A model generated the notes under the pieces. The model was not told where the DNA came from, made no database searches, and saw nothing but the letters and a program-made list of their open reading frames with translations. The position numbers and the translations under genes were made by a program. This document shows positions 1 through 10,810 of a stretch of DNA of 64,000 nt, piece by piece (the first letter of the stretch is position 1; the number at the start of each line of letters is the position of its first letter). Where the stretch lies: contig NC_092678.1 of the NCBI RefSeq assembly GCF_964355755.1, positions 10,910,352 to 10,974,351 of the forward strand, read 5' to 3'. The DNA is from Antedon mediterranea (Eukaryota > Animalia > Echinodermata).

Positions 1-971
1 AATGAAAATAGAGCCCAGAACTGCACTTATACTTGTACTTATTACCATACATAATCACCTATGATATTTATGATATTTGTTAAAAATTCAACTATCCTGA
101 TGCGAATTCCAAGGTTTAGGTAGAGTTTTCTGCTTTAAAAACTTGACTTCGTATATGCCTAAGGCCTAGCCCGGCGGCGGAATTAGTCTAAGTTTCGAAA
201 TCAGTCTGGAAATCGGGATCTTTGTAAATGTTCTATATTTGATCTATTTCACTCTCCATTAACCCCATACAAAAATCATCGGAGACAAATTATCTGTTTA
301 AAACATGTTTATTCTGGGACGGTGCGGCCATACACACCAACTACCATCCATAAATGTTTATTCATAACATATTACAATACAATATCTTTCATGAATCGGA
401 CATTTCGCTACCAATGTAGCAACATTGATTAACAACATCAAAATTCAACAGTGTGGCGTGTTGACCGCGAATTACTAACAATACCATCTTTCCCACTACA
501 CCTGCAAAAACTCATTTGTATAATAACAAACGGCATACCAAACTACGGTGAGACATACATTCTCTTCTAAACACGTAACGAAGATAAATTAATTTCTTTT
601 TACATTAAATTGAGGGCGCTAAACATAAAATTTACGAGATCAAATACATGTAGCGAAAGCCAAAAAAATTTTTTTTAAATGTGCTCTCCCTGCCTCAGCA
701 CTAAGGCCCTGCCACGGCCTTGGGGTCGTTTCCACCACATCATCACCAGATCCATTGCTAGTGCATTCTCAATATTTGTGGTGGAAAGGGGGGACGTAAA
801 TTCTGTGAACCCCAAACACAGTTGGTCGCATACCTTTAACTCTATTCCACCGACCAGCGTGTGAATCAAACCCACGACATACGTGTTGTCAACACGACGC
901 TAACTGGCCATTTTGGTTTTAAAAAGGTTAATATGATATTTATGACTTAATGATGAATTACGTAATACACT
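1..971. repeat. Array leader sequence, copy 1 (begins before the window)
   Basis: Near-identical to 46091-47057 (AATGAAAATAGAGCCCAGAA...GAATTACGTAATACACT) with scattered substitutions. Confidence 0.95.
662..909 (-). mobile_element. tRNA(Ile-like)-headed SINE-like / Pol III element, copy 1
   Basis: Minus strand reads GGCCAGTTAGC-GTCGTGTTGACAACACGTATGTCGTGGGTTTGATTCACACGCTGGTCG (tRNA head with D-arm deletion), then ~170 nt of structured body and an A-rich/T7 end. No TSD recognised. Confidence 0.65.
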
Positions 972-1503
972 TATAAAGAGACTATTATAAACTGTTCTGT
1001 CGTGTACAACTTTATGGCATAACGGGTAATGCTCAGTTTTGAGTGCTCTTAGTAGCGGGTTCGAACCTGTAAGGATATTTTTTTTTTATTTGAAAATAAA
1101 TATTGTTTTTGAAAGTGAGATATTTTTAGTATTAGTATTAGATATTTTTTAATGGAGATATGTCAGGCCTAAACAAGTGAACCTTTTTTCAATCAGAAAC
1201 AAAGTTGCGTGGAATTATTTTTCATTGATTTATTATTTATTTCATATAAATAGACTATTATCAGCTCTTCAGTTATCTACTGGTTTGTGGCGTAACGGGT
1301 AATACCCAGGTTTGAGTGCTCTCAGTAGCGGGTTCCAACCTCTAGGGATGTTGCTTTTTTTTTTCTTATTGAAAATAAATATTTTTTTTTAAAATGAGAT
1401 ATTTTTTAGGGTTGTGAATGTCAGGCCTAAACAAATGGATCTTTTTTAAAATCAGAAACAAAGTTGCATGGCATTATTTTTCATTGATTGATCATTCATT
1501 TCA

Positions 1504-1628
1504 TATAAATAGACTATTATCAGCTCTTCAGTTATCTACTGGTTTGTGGCGTAACGGGTAATGCTCAAGTTTGAGTGCTCGCAGTAGTGGGTTCGAACCT
1601 CTAGGGATATTTCTTTTCTTTTTTTTTT
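1504..1628 (+). promoter_or_regulatory. Representative Pol III type-2 promoter cassette of the satellite monomer (TATA, A box, B box, T-run)
   Basis: TATAAATA 1504-1511; A box TGGCGTAACGG 1547-1557; B box GGTTCGAACC 1590-1599; T-rich run 1610-1628. A-B spacing is tRNA-like. Function is inferred from motifs only. Confidence 0.7.
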
Positions 1629-4600
1629 AAATTGAAAATAAATATTTTTTTTGAAAGTGAGATATTTTGAGGGTTGTAAATGTCAGGCCTAAACAAATGA
1701 ACCTTTTTTAAAATCAGAAACAAAGTTGCATGGCATTATTTTTCATGGATTTATTATTTATTTCATATAAATAGAGTATTATCAGCTCTTCAGTCATCTA
1801 CTGGTTTGTGGCGTAACGGGTAATGCTCAAGTTTGAGTGCTCTCACTAGTGGGTTCGAACCTCTACGGATATTTTGTATTTTGTTTTTTTTTTATTGAAA
1901 ATAATATTTTTTTTGAAAGTGAGATATTTTGAGGGTTGTAAATGTCAGGCCTAAACAAGTGAAACTTTTTTTAAATCAGAAACAAAGTTGCATGGCATTA
2001 TTTTTCATTGATTGATCATTAATTTCATATAAATAGACTATTATCAGCTCTTCAGTTATCTACTGGTTTGTGGCGTAACGGGTAATACCCAGGTTTGAGT
2101 GCTCTCAGTAGCGGGTTCCAACCTGTATGGATATTTTTTTTTTATTTGAAAATAAATATTGTTTTTGAAAGTGAGATATTTTGAGAGTTGTAAATGTCAG
2201 GCCTAAACAAGTGAACATTTTTTTCAATCAGAAAAAAAGTATCATGGCATTATTTTTCATTGATTGATCATTCATTTCATATATATAGACTATTATCAGC
2301 TCCTCAGTCATCTACTGGTTTGTGGCGTAACGGGTAATGCTCAGGTTTGAGTTCTCTCAGTAGTGGGTTCGAACCTATACGGGTATTTTTTTAAATTTTT
2401 TTTTTAATTGAAAATAAATATTGTTTTTGAAAGTGAGATATTTTGAGGGTTGCAACTGTCAGGCCTAAACAAGTGAACCTTTTTTAAAATCAGAAACAAA
2501 GTTGCATGGCATTATTTTTCATTGGTTGATCATCCATTTCATATAAATAGACTATTATCAGCTCTTCAGTCATCTACTGGTTTGAGGCGTAACGGGTAAT
2601 GCTCAAGTTTGAGTGCTCGCAGTAGTGGGTTCGAACCTCTAGGGATATTTCTTTTCTTTTTGGTTTTAATTGAAAATAAATATTTTTTTTTAAAGTGAGA
2701 TATTTTGAGGGTTGTAAATGTCAGGCCTAAACAAATGAACCTTTTTAAAAATCAGAAACAAAGTTGCATGGCATTATTTTTCATTGATTGATCATTAATT
2801 TCATATCAATAGACTATTATCAGCTCTTCAGTTATCTAATGGTTTGTGGCGTAACGGGTAATAACCAGGTTTGAGTGCTCTCAGTAGCGGGTTCCAACCT
2901 CTAGGGATATTGCTTTTTTTTTTCTTATTGAAAATAAATATTTTTTGGGAATATGAGATATTTTTTAGGGTTGTGAATGTCAGGCCTAAACAAATGGATC
3001 TTTTTTAAAATCAGAAACAAAGTTGCATGGCATTATTTTTCATTGATTTATTATTCATTTCAAATAAATAGAGTATTATCAGCTCTTCAGTCATCTACTG
3101 GTTTGAGGCGTAACGAGTAATGCTCAAGTTTGAGTGCTCGCAGTGGTGGGTTCGAACCTCTAGAGATATTTCTTTTTTTTTTTAATTGAAAATAAATATT
3201 TTTTTTGAAAGTGAGATATTTTGAGGGTTGTAAATGTCAGGCCTAAACAAATGAACCTTTTTTAAAATCAGAAACAAAGTTGCATGGCATTATTTATCAT
3301 TGATTGATCATTAATTTCATATAAATAGAGTATTATCAGCTCTTCAGTCATCTACTGGTTTGTGGCGTAACGGGTAATGCTCAAGTTTGAGTGCTCTCAC
3401 TAGTGGGTTCGAACCTCTACGGATATTTTGTATTTTTTTTTTTTATTGAAAATAATATTGTTTTTGAAAGTGAGATATTTTGAGGGTTGTGAATGTCAGG
3501 CCTAAACAAATGGATCTTTTTTTAAACACGAAACAAAGTTGCATGGCATTATTTTTCATTGATTGATCATTAATTTCATATAAATAGACTATTATCAGCT
3601 CTTCAGTTATCTACTGGTTTGTGGCGTAACGGGTAATACCCAGGTTTGAGTGCTTTCAGTAGCGGGTTCCAACCTGTAAGGATATTTTTTTTTTATTTGA
3701 AAATAAATATTGTTTTTGAAAGTGTGATATTTTGAGGGTTGGTTCTAAATGTCAGGCCTAAACAAGTGAACATTTTTTTCAATCAGAAACAAAGTTGCAT
3801 GGCATTATTTTTCATTGATTGATCATTCATTTCATATATATAGACTATTATCAGCTCCTCAGTCATCTTCTGGTTTGTGGCGTAACGGGTAATGCTCAGG
3901 TTTGAGTGCTCTTAGTAGTGGGTTCGAACCTATACGGGTATTTTGTTTTCTTTTTTTTTAATTGAAAATAAATATTGTTTTTGAAAGTGAGATATTTTGA
4001 GGGTTGCAACTGTCAGGCCTAAACAAGTGAACCTTTTTTAAAATCAGAAACAAAGTTGCATGGCATTATTTTTCATTGGTTGATCATCCATTTCATATAA
4101 ATAGACTATTATCAGCTCTTCAGTCATATACTTGTTTGCGGCGTAACGGGTAATGCTCAAGTTTGAGTGATTTCAATAGTGGGTTCGAACTTCTAGGGAT
4201 ATTTTTTTTCTTTTTTTTTTATTTGAAAATAAATATTGTTTTTGAAAGTGAGATATTTTGAGGGTTGTAAATATCAGGCCTAAACAAGTGAACCTTTTTT
4301 TAAAATCAGAAACAAAGTTGCATGGCATTATTTTTCATTGATTCATTCCATATAAATAGAGTATTATCAGCTCTTCAGTCATCTACTGGTTTGAGGCGCA
4401 ACGAGTAATGCTCAAGTTTGAGTGCTCGCAGTAGTGGGTTCGAACCTCTAGGGATATTTCTTCTTTTTTTTCTTATTGAAAATAAATATTTTTTTTCAAA
4501 GTGAGATATTTTGAGGGTTGTAAATGTCAGGCCTAAACAAATGAACCTTTTTTAAAATCAGAAACAAAGTTGCATGGCATTATTTTTCATTGATTGATCA

Positions 4601-7042
4601 TTAATTTCATATAAATAGACTATTATCAGCTCTTCAGTCATCTACTGGTTTGTGGCGTAACTGGTAATGCTCAGGTTTGAGTGCTCTGAGTAGTGGGTCG
4701 AACCTCTAGGGATATATTTTTTCTTTTTTTTTTAAATTGAAAATAAATATGGTTTTTGAAAGTGAGATATTTTGAGGGTTGTAAATGTCAGGCCTAAACA
4801 AGTGGACCTTTTTTAAAATCAGAAACAAAGTTGCATGGCATTATTTTTCATTGATTTATTATTTATTTCATATAAATAGAGTATTATCAGCTCTTCAGTC
4901 ATCTAATGGTTTGTGGCGTAACGGGTAATGCTCAAGTTTGAGTGCTCTCACTAGTGGGTTCGAACCTCTACTGATATTTTGTTTCTTTCTTTTTTTTAAT
5001 TGAAAATAATATTGTTTTTGAAAGTGAGATATTTTGAGGGTTGTAAATGTCAGGCCTAAACAAGTGGACCTTTTTTAAAATCAGAAACAAAGTTGCATGG
5101 CATTATTTTTCATTGATTGATCATTAATTTCATATAAATAGACTATTATCAGCTCTTCAGTTATCTACTGGTTTGTGGCGTAACGGGTAACACCCAGGTT
5201 TTAGTGCTCTCAGTAGCGGGTTCCAACCTGTAAGGATATTTTTTTTTTAATTGAAAATAAATATTGTTTTTGAAAGTGAGATATTTTGAGGGTTGCAACT
5301 GTCAGGCTAAACAAGTGAACCTTTTTTAAAATCAGAAACAAAGTTGCATGGCATTATTTTTCATTGATTGATCATTCATTTCATATAAATAGATTATTAT
5401 CAGCTCTTCAGTTATCTACTGGTTTGTGGCGTAACGGGTAATATACCCAGGTTTGAGTGCTCTCAGTAGCGGGTTCCAACCTCTAGGGATATTGCTTTTT
5501 TTTTTCTTATTGAAAATAAATATTTTTTTTGAAAATGAGATATTTTTTAGGGTTGTGAATGTCAGGCCTAAACAAATGGATCTTTTTTAAAATCAGAAAC
5601 AAAGTTGCATGGCATTATTTTTCATTGATTGATAATTCATTTCATATAAATAGACTATTATCAGCTCTTCAGTCACCTACTGGTTTGTGGCGTAACGGGT
5701 AATGCTCAGGTTTGAGTGCTCTGAGTAGTGGGTCGAACCTCTAGGGATATTTTTTTCTTTTTTTTTTAAATTGAAAATAAATATGGTTTTTGAAAGTGAG
5801 ATATATTGAGGGTTGTAAATGTCAGGCCTAAACAAGTGGACCTTTTTTAAAATCAGAAACAAAGTTGCATGGCATTATTTTTCATTGATTGATCATTTAT
5901 TTTATATATATAGACTATTATCAGCTCCTCAGTCATCTACTGGTTTGTGGCGTAACGGGTAATGCTCAGGTTTGAGTGCTCTCAGTATTGGGTTCGAACC
6001 TATACGGGTATTTTTTTTCTTTTTTTTTTATTTGAAAATAAATATTGTTTTTGAAAGTGAGATATTTTGAGGGTTGTAAATATCAGGCCTAAACAAGTGG
6101 ACCTTTTTTAAAATCAGAAACAAAGTTGCATGGCATTATTTTTCATTGGTTGATCATCCATTTCATATATATAGACTATTATCAGCTCTTAAGTCATATA
6201 CTGGTTTGCGGCGTAACGGGTAATGCTCAGTTTTGAGTGATTTCAATAGTGGGTTTGAACTTCTAGGAATATTTTTTTTCTTTTTTTTTTAATTTGAAAA
6301 TAAATATTGTTTTTGAAAGTGAGATATTTTGAGGGTTGTAAATGTCAGGCCTAAACAAGTGAACCTTTTTTAAAATCAGAAACAAAGTTGCATGGCATTA
6401 TTTTTCATTGATTGATCATTAATTTCATATAAATACACTATTATCAGCTCTTCAGTTATCTACTGGTTTGTAGCGTAACGGGTAATACCCAGGTTTGAGT
6501 GCTCTCAGAAGCGGGTTCCAACCTCTAGGGATATTGCTTTTTTTTTTCTTATTGAAAATAAATATTTTTTTTGAAAATGAGATATTTTTTAGGGTTGTAA
6601 ATGTCAGGCCTAAACAAATGGATCTTTTTTAAAATCAGAAACAAAGTTGCATGGCATTATTTTTCATTGATTGATAATTCATTTCATATAAATAGACTAT
6701 TACCAGCTCTTCAGTCATCTACTGGTTTGTGGCGTAACGAGTAATGCTCAGGTTTGAGTGCTCTGAGTAGTGGGTCGAACCTCTAGGGATATTTTTTTTC
6801 TTTTTTTTTTAAATTGAAAATAAATATGGTTTTTGAAAGTGAGATATTTTGAGGGTTGTAAATGTCAGGCCTAAACAAGTGGACCTTTTTTAAAATCAGA
6901 AACAAAGTTGCATGGCATTATTTTTCATTGATTGATTATTTATTTTATATATATTGACTATTATCAGCTCCTCAGTCATCTACTGGTTTGTGGCGTAACG
7001 GGTAATGCTCAGGTTTGAGTGCTCTCAGTAGTGGGTTCGAAC

Positions 7043-9482
7043 CAGGGAAGAGTTAAATTACATGGAAAACTCACGAGCCGTTGAGGCGTGTTAATGCAAT
7101 TAAATCGCTATTGTTCTCTATTGTTTTGTGAATAAACTAACTTCCCCTTTTGTCCCATACGCGCGGCACCGCCAATTACTGAATATGCTGCCACCAACGT
7201 GTAGATTGGCATTAGACTTGTTACCAGTCGTTTTTTTTCAGAAATCCTTTTTGGTTTTTTAAAATAAAATAAGTGGTTTAACACTTAACGACTGATTTGA
7301 GACTATTTTGCACACGTTACACAAGCGTTTCCATTTTTTAAAATGTGTATTTTCACAAAGAAACACGCTTTTTAGGTGGATTTTCGGTAAGTATGCAATG
7401 GCCTTTTACGAAATGTATCGTCTTTTATATCAGCATTTAGAGACATATGCCTAAAATTGCCTAATGTCTAGCTCAGATATGTGAAACCAATAACATCTAT
7501 ATATATTGTGGTCCAGTTTTTATTTGCGACCAATTCCGACCAAATACCAAAAATAAAAGATTTCTGAACCACCTTTACTCAGTTTTAGAGACTAAGATCG
7601 GCGGCGAGATGCTGGTAAGCTCCGCCCACATGCTATTCCAGATAGACGCTGTTGCTAGGCCTATCGGCCACCTATTGCTATTCTGTCAAGCAACCTGTTT
7701 TAGTTTTTCAATTGTTAAATAAGTCAAAAATACCAGGCTAACATAAAATGAAAGTTCTAGACCTAGGCCCCTAATTAAAACAAACTTCTATTAGAGTAGG
7801 TTTACCTAGGGCTAGCTAATAAGCTAGGGCCTAGGCCCTAGGCCTTCCTCTCTTCATTCAAGTGCAATTCATCCCAGTGCAATTCATCCCAATGATGGTA
7901 CCCAAGATGCTGCCTACAGAAGGTATTGGTTTCTGAATTTTTTTATTTGAATACTGTATATAATAATGTTTCCTTTTTTTCATCCACAGTTTCTTCATTT
8001 GTTGACATGGCCAAGATATTCCTTTCACAGAAGAAGCCTGATGGTACAAGACGGATTGTGTACTTTTTCCGTGAGAAAAACAACCAGGATGCTCTAGAAA
8101 ACTATTCCAGTATAGAAAGGAGTTGCCTTGGGAGATGGGAAAATCTGACAGTCATAACTTATTAGTTATTTTAAATTGATACTTGTTTTGTAATCTGTTG
8201 ATTCAGCCATTTGAAGTATATAAAGAATGTCACGGAACAAAATATATTTCAGTACTTACGAAGAATCTCTTTTTTTACTCTGGTATTGATAAACATTATG
8301 ACATCATGTAACAATTTTAATAAAAAATTGTTTTGTAAATAAAGTATATTCTAAATTGTATGTTGGTTTGACTAAAAATTAAACACATAATTTGATGAAT
8401 ACATACTTTGAAATATACCTGTATTGACATGATTATACAGTATTGATTTTTATACAAAATAAATTTACAACTCCAACCTTAAACTTTTTTTGTCTTTTGC
8501 TTTTATTTTATTATTTGTTAAGTTACACCAGTGTGTTATAATACTCTGTTTGATATTGGAATTACACATTCCCTTTAGCGACAAAAACCTCTCCATTTCT
8601 AAATCTAAGTTTCTAAAAAACAAATTAATACATCTTTTATGTGAAAAGCACCCCCTCCCCCTTTGAACGTCACTTCAACCAGTCATTGGTGTAGTCTATA
8701 GGAAAGAATTAGTTTCTTCTATACTTTTGACCTCCCAGCACAATAAAGTTCACATAAAATCATATAATACAATGCAGAATTATTTTCAGGCAGGGAAGAA
8801 CTCTGGGCCTGGCCCTAGACCTAGGTAGGCTACCGGTACATGCAACTGGCGCGCACAGGAGATACTTTTAATGGCCGAGTAGCCTACAAATACACTCTTA
8901 TTGTTAAAACAGGATCAGGCTAACTTAGTTTGGTAAGCATATCAATTCAAATAGGCCTAGGTAGCTAGCCAGAAGAGAAGATTGTAGGCCTAGCCTAATA
9001 GTAGTTGAGTAGGGCCTATTTTTTTTAGGCTAAAGTAACTAGCCTAGGCCTAGCTAGGAGTGCCTATTACATTCTTACTAGCTAGGGCCTAGGCCTCTAG
9101 GCCTACTAGCCCTAGATTGAAGTAGGACCTGGTGTAGCAAGTAGGCCTAGCCTATTACATATACTTGAAATGTGCGTACGGAAATTTTCTAAAAACGGAA
9201 AATACAAATACGACGACGACGACTACTACGTCGCGATATATATCGAAAAAGTTTAATGCGTCAGGTTACCAAGGGGGGGCGGGCGGTTCGACGAAGACGT
9301 CATCAGTAGTGTGTTGTTGCATGCGGTCACCGACCGGAAAACAATCGCTTCTGAGCATGCGCAAAGCAATTACTTCGTCTTGAGCGAACATCCGTTGATT
9401 ATGTAATCGAATCGGCGGTGCCGCGCGTTGTAACGTTTGATGTAAGGTCCGTGAGTTTTCCATGTCATTTAACTCTTCCCTG
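7043..9482. mobile_element. Non-autonomous P-superfamily DNA transposon (2440 bp)
   Basis: 33-bp TIRs CAGGGAAGAGTTAAATTACATGGAAAACTCACG / CGTGAGTTTTCCATGTCATTTAACTCTTCCCTG; 8-bp TSD GTTCGAAC (7035-7042, 9483-9490); internal P-transposase-like peptide remnant. hAT is the alternative from TIR/TSD alone. Confidence 0.85.
7990..8165 (+). pseudogene. Degenerate P-element/THAP9-type transposase C-terminal fragment
   Basis: After a polypyrimidine-CAG acceptor (7987-7989): (V)SSFVDMAKIFLSQ...VYFFREKNNQDALENYSSIERSCLGRWENLTV, resembling the P-transposase motif YFLSE.LNQDPLENYF..QR..GG..NPT. Recognised from memory of the family. Confidence 0.65.
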
Positions 9483-9818
9483 GTTCGAACCTATACGGGT
9501 ATTTTTTTTCTTTTTTTTTTGTTTGAAAATAAATATTGTTTTTGAAAGTGAGATATTTTGAGGGTTGTAAATTTCAGGCCTAAACAAGTGGACCTTTTTT
9601 AAAATCAGAAACAAAGTTGCATGGCATTATTTTTCATTGATTGATCATTTATTTAATATAAATAGACTATTATCAGCTCCTCAGTCATCTACTGGTTTGT
9701 GGCGTAACGGATAATGCTCAGGTTTGAGTGCTTTCAGTAGTGGGTTCGAACCTCTGGGGATTTTTTTTTTTTTTAAATTGAAAATAAATATTGTTTTTGA
9801 AAGTGAGATATTTTGAGG

Positions 9819-10810
9819 GGGTGTGTAGAAAGCGACGACCTCGAATTGGACGACCCCAACGACCCGGGCGACCTCGAATTGGACGACCTAGACTTGGACG
9901 ACCCATAACACGAAACCGACGACCCCTATAATAGCCTAGCCTAGCCTAGGCCTAAGTATGATATAACATCCCGAAGCCGAACATAACCAAAGATCTTTAA
10001 ACCATACCTTATATAATACTCGCAAAGCAAGCAATTGATTGAAAAAATACAGAAATATCGCCATTTGATACTGAATGTGTCGACACGAACAAACGAACAG
10101 ATATGGAACGCCAAGAGTGCATCATTAAAACTGCATTCGACTCGATTAGCACACGAAATATCATAAACATGGCAAACCAGGCCCCTTTTTCAGCGGCAGG
10201 TAAGGTTTGACCATGGAGGTACTCCATGGTTTTACCAGCTCCATGGTTTGACCATGGAGGTATAAAAATATTGTTATACCTCCATGGTTTGACCGTATAC
10301 AATGCATGTGTGAAATGTAAAGCTTTCTTATGGCCCTCCCCATGCAGGATTAGGCCAAGTTGAGCCGCCATGTTACTCTGCTTGGTAGGCCTATAGTGTT
10401 CGTTATAAGAAGACGAGATGTAATTATACGTCCATGGTTTAACCATGTATTGTATAATATTTATTTCTGTTTAATTTATTTTTAATATGTCGAATGCAGT
10501 TTTAATGATGCACTCTTGGCGTTCCATATCTTTTCGTTTGTTCGTGTCGACACAATCAGTATCAAATGGCGATATTTCTGTATTTTTTCAATCAATTGCT
10601 TGCTTGCGAGTATTATAAAATAAGGTATAGTTTAAAGATCTTTGGCTATGTTCGGCTTTGGGATGTTATACCACACTTAGGCCTAGGCTAGGCTAGGCTA
10701 TAGGGGTCGTCGGTTTCGTGTTATGGGTCGTTCAATTCGAGGTCGTTCAATTCGAGGTCGCCCGGGTCGTTGGGGTCGTCCAATTCGAGGTCGTCGCTTT
10801 CTACACACCC
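9819..10810. mobile_element. MULE/Mutator-like foldback MITE (992 bp)
   Basis: ~322-bp TIRs (9819-10141, 10489-10810) starting GGGTGTGTAGAAAGCGACGACCTCGAATTGG; 10-bp TSD TATTTTGAGG (9809-9818, 10811-10820); subterminal CGACC repeats. Superfamily inferred from TSD length and long G-starting TIRs. Confidence 0.85.

Noticed and set aside
690-800. Hammerhead ribozyme or RNase MRP-like motifs in the SINE-like body
   Set aside because: No intact CUGANGA core with a proper stem II, and MRP conserved regions are not in convincing order.
1540-1610. Functional tRNA gene array
   Set aside because: Acceptor, anticodon and T stems do not pair properly; only the D-arm and promoter boxes are tRNA-like.
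8790-9155. AGGCCTAG/CTAG-rich patches
   Set aside because: Low-complexity palindromic motifs that occur in several elements here; treated as a compositional feature of this genome.
9165-10446. Short ORFs within the P derivative and MULE-like MITE
   Set aside because: They cross TIRs and repeats and show no protein motifs.
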